Notes: a model not told the origin generated them from the sequence alone. Positions 1 through 9,055 are shown, counted from the stretch's first letter. The stretch: DNA of 16,512 nt from Nannocystales bacterium (GCA_050633305.1 JBOEGF010000055.1:1-16512), one strand, 5' to 3'. Program-made: numbers and translations.

Positions 1-2
1 CC

Positions 3-212
3 GCCGTCAAAACGAATGCGCCGATCGATGCTCGGTACGAAAAGAAGCCTTCCTCCGACGGCAAGTTCTACTTCGTGCTCAAGGCCGGCAACCACGAAGT
101 CATCGGCACAAGCCAGATGTACACCTCGACGGCCTCCCGCGACGACGGGATCGAAGCCGTCAAGCGCACCGCCCCAAGTGCCCCGACGGCAGACCTTCTC
201 CGCCTCCTCTGA
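3..212 (+). CDS. yegP: YegP/DUF1508 (UPF0339) family protein, 5'-truncated by the window edge
   Basis: Manual translation of frame +3, absent from the ORF track: AVKTNAPIDARYEKKPSSDGKFYFVLKAGNHEVIGTSQMYTSTASRDDGIEAVKRTAPSAPTADLLRLL*. The GKFYFxLKAxNxEVIGTSQMY...GIEAVK pattern is the DUF1508 repeat. TGA at 210-212. Confidence 0.9.
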   Translation, partial: AVKTNAPIDARYEKKPSSDGKFYFVLKAGNHEVIGTSQMYTSTASRDDGIEAVKRTAPSAPTADLLRLL

Positions 213-288
213 AACCATCGATCGAGAAAATCGATCCATTGCCGCCGATGATCGAAATCGATCGCGGGACCTCACACCGGCCGCAATA

Positions 289-319
289 GAGTCACAGAAA
301 ATTCGACAAAGTGTGACTC
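289..319. promoter_or_regulatory. Perfect 8-bp inverted repeat GAGTCACA-N15-TGTGACTC upstream of the recombinase (candidate protein-binding site or hairpin)
   Basis: gagtcaca (289-296), AT-rich spacer gaaaattcgacaaag, tgtgactc (312-319). Function is inferred. Confidence 0.4.
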
Positions 320-385
320 CCTGGCTTTTTGGGACAGGTCTTTTCCCTTTTAACGGGATCCGGTCTCTGGCAGGGTGTTCGGGCG

Positions 386-1327
386 ATGCAGCTCGCGCTC
401 TTCAGAACCCCGCCCGCCGAGCGTCGGCGTAAGCCGGCCTCGGGTCGGGTGGGGGGACCTTCGGTCTCCAAGAGGGGGCTTGAGATTCGGCTGCAGCGGC
501 CATTGGATGCGCCGGCGATCAAGAGCGCGGCGGGGCTGTCGTTCCTAAAGCCGGCACCGCCGAGCCGGGAGAAGGAGGGCAGGGGAGAGGTCGATGCGAA
601 GGCCGTCGACTTCGACCGGAGCATTGAGACCCTCGACCTCAAGCCCGGGTCCGACAAGGTCGTTGGTGAACTCGACGTCGGGGCAGGGGAGGGCGCCTCG
701 GCCGAGCTGGCGCCGCATCCCACTCGCGGTAAGCTGCTGCCGCCCGAGGTGTTCACCGAACGCGAAATCAGGGCGCTCATCGGCGCGTGCTCGACCCGTG
801 GGATCACCGGGCACCGGAACCGGGCGTTGCTCGCGATCCTCTGGCGCACTGGGGTTCGGATCTCCGAGGCGCTCGAGCTGCGGCCCCACGACGTCGACTT
901 CAAGAACGGGACTGTACGGGTGCGGCTTGGGAAGGGGCTCAAGCCTCGGACGACGGTGCTCTCGGATCTCGATGCGTTGCCGTTGGTCCAGCGCTGGCTT
1001 GAAGAGCGCGGGAAGCTAGAGGCCGTGGGTCAGGGCACTCCGCTGCTGTGCACCCTCAAAGGAACGCCCACCGATCCGAGCTACGCTCGGCACCTCCTCC
1101 CCAGACTGGCCAAGCGGGCCGGCTTGGAGCGGCGAGTGCACCCACACGGGTTGCGGCACACGCATGCGGCCGACCTCGCGCTGGCGGGGGTTCCGGTTCT
1201 CGTGATCCAGCAGCAACTTGGTCACAGCTCCCTCGTAGCTACGGCAGAGTACCTACGACGGGTGGGAGTCCGACTCGATGTGGCCGAAGCGATCCGTCCA
1301 AGCGAGAAGTTTCGCGCTAGTCGGTGA
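386..1327 (+). CDS. Tyrosine recombinase/integrase with a XerC/XerD-like catalytic domain
   Basis: All catalytic motifs are present: RNRALLAILWRTGVRISEAL (R), VRLGKG (K), HPHGLRH (HxxR), QLGHSS (H), TAEY (Y). The start is uncertain; the ATG at 386 was chosen. The first ~110 codons are low-complexity with no recognisable core-binding/SAM domain. Confidence 0.92.
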   Translation: MQLALFRTPPAERRRKPASGRVGGPSVSKRGLEIRLQRPLDAPAIKSAAGLSFLKPAPPSREKEGRGEVDAKAVDFDRSIETLDLKPGSDKVVGELDVGAGEGASAELAPHPTRGKLLPPEVFTEREIRALIGACSTRGITGHRNRALLAILWRTGVRISEALELRPHDVDFKNGTVRVRLGKGLKPRTTVLSDLDALPLVQRWLEERGKLEAVGQGTPLLCTLKGTPTDPSYARHLLPRLAKRAGLERRVHPHGLRHTHAADLALAGVPVLVIQQQLGHSSLVATAEYLRRVGVRLDVAEAIRPSEKFRASR

Positions 1328-2252
1328 GGCCCTCGACTGCGCGCTCCAGCGATGCGATCGCATCGTCGCGCTCCTTATCAGGCACACCGGCCTCCCGCGC
1401 GTACACAATCCCGAGCTCCAGCGCGCGACGCTTCCCTGAGACCGTCTTCAAGGCATCGACCTTGTCGAGTATCGCCTGCACCTCGATCTCCAACGCAGCA
1501 CGACGAAGCTCAGCCCGGATGTCTTGAGCTTGTACTTCCGCAAGCGCACGGTCGAGCGCTTTCTTGCGAGAGGTCGGCCCCTTGAGCCCCTCGATCTTCG
1601 TAACCCAACGAAGGAGCACGTCGTACTCCGAACTCGTCGCCACAACATCGGCCGCAGGGCCAGACGCCGATCGACTCGCCGGCGGGTGCACCGGGGCCGG
1701 CGGGGCCACGGGGACCACCAGGGCCGCAACCGCCTCACGGAGCTGGGGAGTCGCGTTGATAATCTTTTTGGCGTTCGCGGAGGCAAATCTGGCCGCGTAC
1801 CGCATCGAGGTGAAGTCCATCATCTTCACGCTGCCATCCCACCCGATGAACTCCACCGCTGGCCCGGCGCAGGCACAGGAGGTCGTTCTTTCGGACTCAG
1901 CACGGCGACCAAGACTGACGGCTCCGATGATAATGAAGACCCCCGAAGCGACCCCCAGAAGACCGGCGATGGGGCTCAGGAGGCAGACGAAGAGTCCACC
2001 GAACAGCATCCAGAAACCGAACTTGCGGGTCGACTGCGCTGACTGGAACGTGGACACGTGCTCAAGGCATGCGGCGCAGTAAGGGACTGAGAAACTCCGG
2101 GTGTGGGTCCTGACAACTTTCACACCGGTCGTGCGCGTGGCGACGGCCTCGAACTCTCCGCCTGCGCTACCCGAGCAGCATGCGCACTCGCTTGGGAACG
2201 AGGCGATCTGGGCCGACAGGTCAACGCGCACATTCACCCCCTCCGCCGACAT
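1317..2252 (-). CDS. Hypothetical membrane protein with Cys pairs (possible Zn ribbon) and two TM helices
   Basis: 311-aa ORF with CACC and CAAC motifs, the hydrophobic stretch FGFWMLFGGLFVCLLSPIAGLLGVASGVFIIIGAVSLG, a Pro/Ala linker and a helical C-terminus. Its 3' end overlaps the recombinase 3' end by 11 bp. Confidence 0.8.
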   Translation of the reverse strand: MSAEGVNVRVDLSAQIASFPSECACCSGSAGGEFEAVATRTTGVKVVRTHTRSFSVPYCAACLEHVSTFQSAQSTRKFGFWMLFGGLFVCLLSPIAGLLGVASGVFIIIGAVSLGRRAESERTTSCACAGPAVEFIGWDGSVKMMDFTSMRYAARFASANAKKIINATPQLREAVAALVVPVAPPAPVHPPASRSASGPAADVVATSSEYDVLLRWVTKIEGLKGPTSRKKALDRALAEVQAQDIRAELRRAALEIEVQAILDKVDALKTVSGKRRALELGIVYAREAGVPDKERDDAIASLERAVEGLTD

Positions 2253-2651
2253 CGGAGTTCACCAACGCAAGAGTCGCCATCGCCCGGGCGGCCAACACCG
2301 AGACGGGGCGATGGCTGGCGCCTTGAGCCGCGACCGAAGGTCCGGCGCTGATGCCCTGAAGCTCGTCGCCCAACCGACCCCTGGTAGGCGAGACTCTGAA
2401 GCCGCGGCGAAACTGAAGAAGCAGTAGTCCGAACACGTGCATCGATGGGACGTTGGCCACGGGAGCGACCGACACGATCAGCTCCGGGCTGCCCCGCCTG
2501 AACATGCCACACACGCTCGTTCATGCTGGTCGAGAAATCTGGACCAGCATCCCTGTCTCAAGATGAGACGCCGGCCCGTCGGCCACGAGCGTCAAGCCGT
2601 GCTTGTGGACCCGGCGAGGCAAGCCTTCCCCGCCTGTGAAACTCTTCGGCG

Positions 2652-3488
2652 GTGCAACTCGCCCAAGCCGCAGCAACCTCAATCACTCTGGCAATGGGGA
2701 GTTGCGCCCTGTTCTCGTCGCCCACCGTATCTCCAGCACCGTCGTACGTGCCATCCCCTCCGCCGCCATCGAGCGCCACGGTGAAGGAGGAAGACCCGCA
2801 CCTATCTCCGCACGTATATCTCGAGTTTCTACGCCACACCATCGGGCTGAAGGTCCAGAGCCACTGCCCCAGCACCAGCGAAGACTGCATCATGGACGTA
2901 ACAACGCTTCTGTTCGTCTACGAGATGAAGCGCTTGGCCTACGAGGACCTCTCGGAAGCCTTCCTCGCGGAAGCTGCTGCCCTCGCCGCGGACGACACCG
3001 CCGCCGCCGGGGACACGCGGAGAGCACAGCGGAGAGCACAGGCGGCGGCGGAGTCCGCGGCAAAGGCTCAGCAAGACGCCGTGAAAGTGTTTGAAGCCGT
3101 CTGGGCCCTCTCAAACAACCTGCCGCCTCCAGACGGCTCCTTCCTGGAGACGTACGACTGCTCTGGGATTCAGCCGAACGATCGTCTTTCCGCCAAAGAT
3201 GCTGAGTATCTACGCGGCCTCTGCATCGAGCTCAATGAGGTTGCACTGCAACGGCTCGCCGAGAGCGAAACGCCTCCCGAGTGCGCACGGGTATCGGGAT
3301 CGGCGGGTGGGAGCCGAACCGTGGCACGCTTCTGCGTCGACCTTCTTTCCGGCTCGATGTCCGCGCCAGGCACCACCCCTTCGGCGACGTGCTGCAAGGT
3401 CTGCGGCCCGACCTCCCAGGCCTGCGGCGACACCTGCATCTCCTTCGGAAAAACTTGTCACACCGCACCAGGCTGCGCGTGCCAGTAG
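2652..3488 (+). CDS. Putative lipoprotein with a C-terminal Cys-rich domain
   Basis: 278-aa ORF with a signal-like N-terminus ending LAMGSC, a Pro/Ser linker, and the C-terminus CCKVCGPTSQACGDTCISFGKTCHTAPGCAC (8 Cys). Confidence 0.75.
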   Translation: MQLAQAAATSITLAMGSCALFSSPTVSPAPSYVPSPPPPSSATVKEEDPHLSPHVYLEFLRHTIGLKVQSHCPSTSEDCIMDVTTLLFVYEMKRLAYEDLSEAFLAEAAALAADDTAAAGDTRRAQRRAQAAAESAAKAQQDAVKVFEAVWALSNNLPPPDGSFLETYDCSGIQPNDRLSAKDAEYLRGLCIELNEVALQRLAESETPPECARVSGSAGGSRTVARFCVDLLSGSMSAPGTTPSATCCKVCGPTSQACGDTCISFGKTCHTAPGCACQ

Positions 3489-3590
3489 CCCCCCGCCCGA
3501 GCATGCCGCCAGGCTCACGATGTCTGCACCGGCTTCGTTGCGCCATCGCCAGCAACTCTCCCAAGGAGTACGATCCGCACACGAAGCGCG

Positions 3591-3938
3591 ATGGCAGACA
3601 GAACAAGAATCGAAGTCTACGAATGGCCCGAAGGCACGGAACGAAGCACCGAGGTCTCAATCGATGTAATCGAGGGAGACCCCGTCGTTCCCATTCCGAC
3701 CACCGGTGACGTCATCCTCCTGCCTGCTCCCACGGCACAGGTACGCAGCCACGAAGTGGACGAGGACGAGTTTTTCATCATGCGCGGCTTGGGGAAGCCG
3801 TACCGCGTGGTTGGCCGCGAGCTAATGTTCAGCCCAAGGTCTTCCTCCACTGAGGACGACACACCGTCGTCATTCAGCCGGGCCTGGATCTTCGTCCGAG
3901 CGATGACAAAAGACGAGTACTGGGGGAGCGAACCGTAG
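3591..3938 (+). CDS. Hypothetical acidic protein (115 aa)
   Basis: ATG-started ORF with protein-like composition that fills the gap between neighbours. No family recognised. Confidence 0.7.
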   Translation: MADRTRIEVYEWPEGTERSTEVSIDVIEGDPVVPIPTTGDVILLPAPTAQVRSHEVDEDEFFIMRGLGKPYRVVGRELMFSPRSSSTEDDTPSSFSRAWIFVRAMTKDEYWGSEP

Positions 3939-4086
3939 CGGGCAGCAGCGCAACACGATCGAGCACGCGGCATGGTCGCAGCACGGGAGTGGCCCCCGAT
4001 TTCACAACTCAGAGGCAAGCCGCCGCCGATCCCCAACTTGCAGGTCGCGAACTCGAGGACCTTCTTCTTGGCCAAGCCATCGAGTC

Positions 4087-4551
4087 CTACTCCACAGCCT
4101 CGATGTGCTGCTTGCCCCGAAGCCTGTCGATCCACCGGAGCACCGCTTCACCCCGGTTGACCGTCTCGACGAGCACGGTGCCGTCCGGCGAGACTTCAAT
4201 GGTGGTCTTGATGCAGCGGCCACGGACGTAGTCCGCGTGCCAGTGAAGCCGACCGCGCGTGAACTCCAGGCCGCGCAGCATGTCTCCGGCCGTCCACTCG
4301 TCGTCGTCCTCGAACCACTTGCCGGAGACACCGCGCGGTCGCCCGTCGTGGAAGCTCAGTACACCGAGCGTGTAGATCAGCCCGAAGCTCACCGATTCCA
4401 CATCGTCCTCGGGGATTCGGAACACCACGCGGACGTGGGTGTCATCATCCCCGACCGTGGGTTCGACCTTCGTCTCGACAACCTCAAGCTCGACCGCGGT
4501 GCCGCTGCGGATCAGCTCGTGCTCGATGCGGCCGTCCTCGTCGGTAGACAT
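4087..4551 (-). CDS. Hypothetical protein (154 aa)
   Basis: ATG-started ORF with GC-rich third positions and a globular-looking sequence (SFHDGRPRG...DYVRGRCIKT). A -10-like TACTCT lies 6 nt upstream of the ATG. Confidence 0.8.
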   Translation of the reverse strand: MSTDEDGRIEHELIRSGTAVELEVVETKVEPTVGDDDTHVRVVFRIPEDDVESVSFGLIYTLGVLSFHDGRPRGVSGKWFEDDDEWTAGDMLRGLEFTRGRLHWHADYVRGRCIKTTIEVSPDGTVLVETVNRGEAVLRWIDRLRGKQHIEAVE

Positions 4552-4591
4552 CGTCGGAGAGTACCGCTGGCGGCTATACGCGGGCTATCAC

Positions 4592-4807
4592 CTGCAGGCC
4601 GAGGGGCAGGGGGCTCCGCTGCTCTGCACCCTCAAGGGGACTCCAACCGACCCCAGCTACGCGCGGCACCTGCTCCCGCGACTGGCCAAACGGGCCGGAC
4701 TGGAGCGGCGCGTGCACCCGCACGAACTGCGGCATACGCATGCGGCCGACCTGGCCCTCGCAGGGGCGCCCATCTTCGCCATCCAGCAGCAACTCGGGCA
4801 CACCTCG
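4592..4807 (+). pseudogene. Internal fragment of a second copy of the tyrosine recombinase
   Basis: 72 codons align ungapped with 1016-1231, with 63/72 aa identical by hand alignment. It keeps HELRH and LGH but has no N-terminal half and no catalytic Tyr. Confidence 0.92.
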
Positions 4808-4887
4808 GGGTGGCGGCCTCCTGGTCGAACGCCTCGGCGAGATCTGCACCAGCAGGGCGGCCACAGCCGCCCTGAACGACGTGCCCC

Positions 4888-5415
4888 TTACTCCTCCGGA
4901 AGAGGTAAGACCTCGGGCTCACAGTCCTCCGTGGGGAACGGTGAGCACGAGCTGTCGAGGCACAAGAAGCCGCACCCGCATTCGGGGTCGGCCTGGCACG
5001 GTGACTGGCACCGGGCTTCTATGAAGCCCGGTGCGCTGCCAGATACGTCGCAAACGTCGTCGCCGACGCACGCTTCTGCCTCCGTGCAGCCGTATGAGCA
5101 ATGCACGCCACCCCACACCATGAATGCCGGCTCCCCACAGCCTTCCGTGATTCGGGGGTCCTCGGGCGCGTCGATGTCGTGGTGGTAGTAGCCCGGCGGC
5201 AGCAGGCATGTTGGCGCGGAGCCGCCGAACCTCGGACGGCAGTGACCGGACTCGCAGTCGCTGTCCGCCCCACACGCCTCGCCCAGTTCCTGGCCGTCCG
5301 CACCGCCGGTCTAAAGACCGGCCGTCTCCACGGACGCCCCTTCGTCTTCATCGTCACCGCACCCTGCCAGGAGAGCGGACGCAAGGAGCAAGCCCAGGGC
5401 GAAGTTTCGGAGCAT
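4888..5415 (-). pseudogene. Cys-rich lipoprotein interrupted by one in-frame TAG
   Basis: Reads MLRNFALGLLLASALLAGCGDDEDEGASVETAGL*TGGADGQELGEACGADSDCESGHC..., with an LAGC lipobox and TAG at 5311-5313. The frame continues into the 4888..5121 ORF of the track. Confidence 0.85.
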
Positions 5416-5770
5416 GCCCAGCACTCTCGGTCACACGGGGTGCGAGGGGCAAGCCACCAGCGGCAGCCAGCCCTCGACCCCAAAACCTTCGAGCCTGACG
5501 ACGAACTCGCCCGGGGGGAGGGGGCCTCCGAGTCGCATTCGCACCCGACGAGAAACCTCGCGAAGAGCTGCAACCTCTCGCCGAGGTCCATGCCCAGGAT
5601 GACCCGCCCGGACTGCGACGACGGCCGTAGCTCTGGGCTGTCAAGCCCAGCGATCACGCGCTTGAGGCGGCCGAAATGATCAGCGACAACTATTTCTGCC
5701 GCAGCACCTGCGGCGGGTTGGGGCTGAACATGACGTCGCGTGGTGCCTTGCGAGGTAAGGTTTCTTCACC

Positions 5771-7036
5771 ATGAAAAAAATTGAGTGCATCGACTTGGAC
5801 CGACTCGGCGGGATGCTGCCGACCATCGCAGAGGTATTCGGGAAAGGACTGAACATCCAAGCCGAGCACTTCAACAAGAATGCACCGTCCGACGATTCCC
5901 CAGCTCAGATCGGCTGGTCGCTTCGCCGGAGCGGCGTGGTCAAACTCCCCCACGTACCCATCCTCGGAGCACTATCGCTGTCCGCGGACGCATCGCCGGT
6001 GTACCGCGGACTGGCGCTCGGGCCGGTTCTTGACCTTGAGCACAATCTGACGAACCTGAAGCGTGCCGGCAAGAAAGTGAGCCGCTACGCCACGATGCTT
6101 CGGAACCCAAACCAGTTCCTCCAACTAGTTGCCGAGACCAGCGTACAGGCCGGGCTGCTCCCTCTTCGTGGCGATCTCGCTCTCCACAACCCCACTGGCG
6201 AGGGCAGCAACAAGGACTACGACGTTCGATTCGAGCTGGACGGCAACCTTCTCCAGAGCGACGTGAAGTGGGTCCAGAACTGGCTGAGCCGAGACGCTGG
6301 CGAAGACGTTCTGAACCAACTGGACGGTCTCCTCGGAAGCGACCTGTCCGACACAATCACCGTCCGATTCCGCGACGGCATCTATCGGGAGGACGACATC
6401 ATCGCCGCCGCCGATGAGATCCTAGACCTCTACGAGGACCTCATTCGAACAGAGACAACCGGCTCCCACACGCGATACCTGAAGCGGTCATTTCCCGATT
6501 CGGTGACGTTCGCGATCACCGGTGAGCGCCACTTGCTGTCGCTGGGGATGACGGTCACCGGGGATGAGACCGATCGGCGAGCGATCGAAGGAAACATCCA
6601 AAAAGCGGCCTCGCAGATCGCGACCGAGTCGGACTCGGCTCTCCGCGCACCTGTCATCGCAACGAACCTCGCCCCACGGTTTCACGAGCACGTACTTCGA
6701 GAGCTCTTGTTTGGCCGCGACGAGTACGTCGCTTCACGGCCCGTTCGAGATATACGAGGATTCCCTGTGGTGCGAGCCGACGAAATCCGCCGGGTTCCGG
6801 GCCTTTTTGGAGACGCTGCCTTACCCGGACTTGAGCACGTCAACGGTGTCTTCTACCTGGGGCAGTGGTACGAGGTCACGAGTGATTCAGAGGTGACTCG
6901 GAAGAGATCCTGCCGGTTCTTCGCGCGCCCAGCTCTGGACGACAAGCTCAGCACTTTCGCGGAAACCGTTAGGAGCCAGCTCGATCAGGACGAGTCGTTC
7001 TCACTTGAAAATGGTCATGGAAAACCGCGAAACTGA
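5771..7036 (+). CDS. Hypothetical protein, possible PD-(D/E)xK restriction-endonuclease-like fold
   Basis: 421-aa ORF with an SD-like GAGG upstream. The segment VAETSV...NKDYDVRFELDGNLLQSDVKW resembles the E..(P)D..(D/E)xK pattern. The gene call is firm; the function is inferred. Confidence 0.7.
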   Translation: MKKIECIDLDRLGGMLPTIAEVFGKGLNIQAEHFNKNAPSDDSPAQIGWSLRRSGVVKLPHVPILGALSLSADASPVYRGLALGPVLDLEHNLTNLKRAGKKVSRYATMLRNPNQFLQLVAETSVQAGLLPLRGDLALHNPTGEGSNKDYDVRFELDGNLLQSDVKWVQNWLSRDAGEDVLNQLDGLLGSDLSDTITVRFRDGIYREDDIIAAADEILDLYEDLIRTETTGSHTRYLKRSFPDSVTFAITGERHLLSLGMTVTGDETDRRAIEGNIQKAASQIATESDSALRAPVIATNLAPRFHEHVLRELLFGRDEYVASRPVRDIRGFPVVRADEIRRVPGLFGDAALPGLEHVNGVFYLGQWYEVTSDSEVTRKRSCRFFARPALDDKLSTFAETVRSQLDQDESFSLENGHGKPRN

Positions 7037-7070
7037 CCAGTCAATCGAGGCGACGCACGTGCTTCCGCTC

Positions 7071-7096
7071 CCCCGCGGCGTTATCCGGCCGCGGGG
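7071..7096. terminator. GC-rich hairpin downstream of the 421-aa gene
   Basis: ccccgcggc-gttatccg-gccgcgggg forms a 9-bp stem about 35 nt after the stop codon. There is no U-tract, so the terminator role is uncertain. Confidence 0.35.
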
Positions 7097-7330
7097 ACAT
7101 CGCCCGGACCTGAACACCCAACTCCGCTGGCCGCCGGCCTCGGACCCGACTTCCGACGCCTCACCGGGGGACCGTTCGGCCACGAGTGGATCGACAGGAC
7201 CAGTCAAGACCACCGGGCTGAGCCCCCCCCCCCGCGACCCAACCCCGAGCCCAGTACACCCCTCTGTCAGGGTAGTTACCGCATGAACCGGGCGGCGGCA
7301 GCTCCGCCGCGGAACGCTGGCACCGACCGG

Positions 7331-7475
7331 ACACCTGAACACCCGCCGTTTCAGGACCTCGGTTTTTGGGCCTATCTTCCGCCCCGAGGCCCCCTACCCA
7401 CCCGTGGCAAAATCGCCGATAACCTAGATCATGTCCAATAAGGACAGGATGTACCTGTAGGACAGAGCGATCGTA
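7331..7475 (+). repeat. dif-containing repeat, copy A (site 7412-7439: ATCGCCGATAA CCTAGA TCATGTCCAAT)
   Basis: Ungapped 145-bp match to 11238-11382 with 14 mismatches by hand count, and a 78-bp match to 10108-10185 with 11 mismatches. Confidence 0.95.
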
Positions 7476-7544
7476 CACCTGCGAGGTCTCCTGCGCAAAC
7501 GCGCGTCAGTTGCACCCGCTTTTCGCTCCGACGCCCCCATGCCC

Positions 7545-8042
7545 CTACTTGCTGGCGTGGCACTGGAGACAGCCAAAACCTCGACCTGTCTCAGCATCGA
7601 ATGGCTTGAGACCCAGCAGCTCGGCCATTTCATGCTCCACCGGCCCGGCCATGAACTGCGCGAGCGCCCGGATTTCCGGGTCTTCCGACTCGAACATGGG
7701 CCCGATCTCTCCGAGCGCGAGCGGGTGCAAGGAGTTCGGCATCTGGAAATTCATGGCCTCCGCATCGTCGCCATGGCACGTGCTGCAGTCTACCGACGAC
7801 GGCAGGTTGCTGGCCGTCGAGCTAGCCTCGGCAAAGATTTCGTTCATCCGCGGCACGACCACCTCCTGCATAAAATCGCCCCGCGTCTCGAAGTCCATCT
7901 GCGCGTACGCAGGCCACTTTCGAGCAGCTTCCGTTCGCGACGCTTCGTCTTGGGGGCTGCCCGTTTGCACTGTCGGTTTCTGGCAAGCTGTGGCCAATAT
8001 CGCGAGTGCTACGGGGAGCACCTTCAGGAGTTGAGCTTTCAT
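7545..8042 (-). CDS. Putative diheme c-type cytochrome lipoprotein
   Basis: Signal peptide ending ILATAC, and two CxxCH motifs (CSTCH, CLQCH). The start overlaps the upstream GST stop (ATGA, 8039-8042). Confidence 0.85.
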   Translation of the reverse strand: MKAQLLKVLPVALAILATACQKPTVQTGSPQDEASRTEAARKWPAYAQMDFETRGDFMQEVVVPRMNEIFAEASSTASNLPSSVDCSTCHGDDAEAMNFQMPNSLHPLALGEIGPMFESEDPEIRALAQFMAGPVEHEMAELLGLKPFDAETGRGFGCLQCHASK

Positions 8043-8998
8043 GGATTCTTCCCTCGAAGAGCACTGAGGTTTGGACCGCTGGTAGCGGTCTGAAATGGGT
8101 TGGGGGGCGTACGCGGAATGATGCGCGGGTTTACCAGGTCCTCAAGCTCTGCGAAATAGTGGCGCTTCGCGTGGCTCAGCCTCACGGTCGAAGCGACCCG
8201 CTCGTCCTCCATCAAGCGCTCCGCGTAGGCCGAGAGTCGCGGGTAGTCCACCAATCGCCGGAGGCTACACTTCAGCGCGTACTGATACACCGCGTCGAAC
8301 CGTGCAAGAGTGGGAAGCAGGAAAACATCAGCCTCGGTGAGATCGCCTCCCATGAGGTAGGGTCCCTCCTCGAGCCTGCTCTCCAACGCGTCGAGCGCTG
8401 CAAACAAGGACTCAATGGCACAATCGTACTCTGACTGCGTCGCCGCAAACCCGGCCGCATACACACCGCTGCCAACGCGGCTGTGAATGAACTGCGTTAG
8501 TTCGTCGATCGCGTCGGCTTGGGCCGCGGGATAGAGATCGACGCCATTTTCTGCCAGGTCGCGGAACCCCCGAACGATCTGGGCGGATTCGATGCTGACC
8601 AACGTCCCGGACGTCCGGTCCCACACTGCCGGAACGGTCACCTTACCCGTGAAGTCAGGAATCCCCTTCGCGTAGACTTCGTGAAGCGCACGCGCGCCGT
8701 GGATCGGATCGTCGTTTGGTGCATCGTCGAAGGGCGCGAACACCCAGCCGTCTGGGCCGCTCCAGTCTGGGTGCAAGAAGCTGACCGTGACAACGGGGCT
8801 CAATCCGTACAGCTTGTAGGCGAGCTGAGTACGGTGGGCGAACGGGCAGGCATATGAGGCGTAGAGGTGGTACCGAGCTTTCGGCGCCGCGCAGGGTGCC
8901 CACGCCCCCCTACCTCGGGTCTCGTTTCTCCGAGCCTGCCTGAGCGCATCGGTATCTTGGACCCCGACCATCCAATTGCCTTGAACTGAGAACTTCAT
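8039..8998 (-). CDS. yqjG: Glutathionyl-hydroquinone reductase-like glutathione S-transferase (omega/Xi class, YqjG/ECM4 family)
   Basis: Motifs RYHLYASYACPFAHRT, FTGKVTVPAVWD, ESAQI, GVYAAGFAATQ and TLARFDAVY..LKC. The start was reassigned to the ATG at 8998, because the track's extension to 9640 is the antisense shadow of LysR. Confidence 0.92.
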   Translation of the reverse strand: MKFSVQGNWMVGVQDTDALRQARRNETRGRGAWAPCAAPKARYHLYASYACPFAHRTQLAYKLYGLSPVVTVSFLHPDWSGPDGWVFAPFDDAPNDDPIHGARALHEVYAKGIPDFTGKVTVPAVWDRTSGTLVSIESAQIVRGFRDLAENGVDLYPAAQADAIDELTQFIHSRVGSGVYAAGFAATQSEYDCAIESLFAALDALESRLEEGPYLMGGDLTEADVFLLPTLARFDAVYQYALKCSLRRLVDYPRLSAYAERLMEDERVASTVRLSHAKRHYFAELEDLVNPRIIPRTPPNPFQTATSGPNLSALRGKNP

Positions 8999-9055
8999 TC
9001 CGTTGCTCTGTGAATAGGCGTTGCGTTCACGCGCGTCGACAAGCAAGATCGCAAC

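Noticed and set aside
4439..5188. 249-aa ORF as a functional second recombinase
   Set aside because: It is a chimeric open frame. Only 72 codons are recombinase-like, and the rest is antisense to neighbouring genes.
386..7036. Integron (IntI plus attC cassettes)
   Set aside because: The recombinase lacks the IntI-specific insertion, the genes lie in mixed orientations, and I found no recurring RYYYAAC...GTTRRRY attC sites by eye.
7392..7399. KOPS-like GGGTAGGG in repeats A and C
   Set aside because: It points away from the adjacent site, is absent in copy B, is expected by chance at high GC, and the KOPS motif is not established for this lineage.
7161..7478. Small ORFs overlapping the repeats (also 11143-11448 and 11179-11367)
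   Set aside because: The similarity is explained by the DNA repeat. Starts and stops are not conserved among copies and the mismatches cluster in the dif-like spacer.
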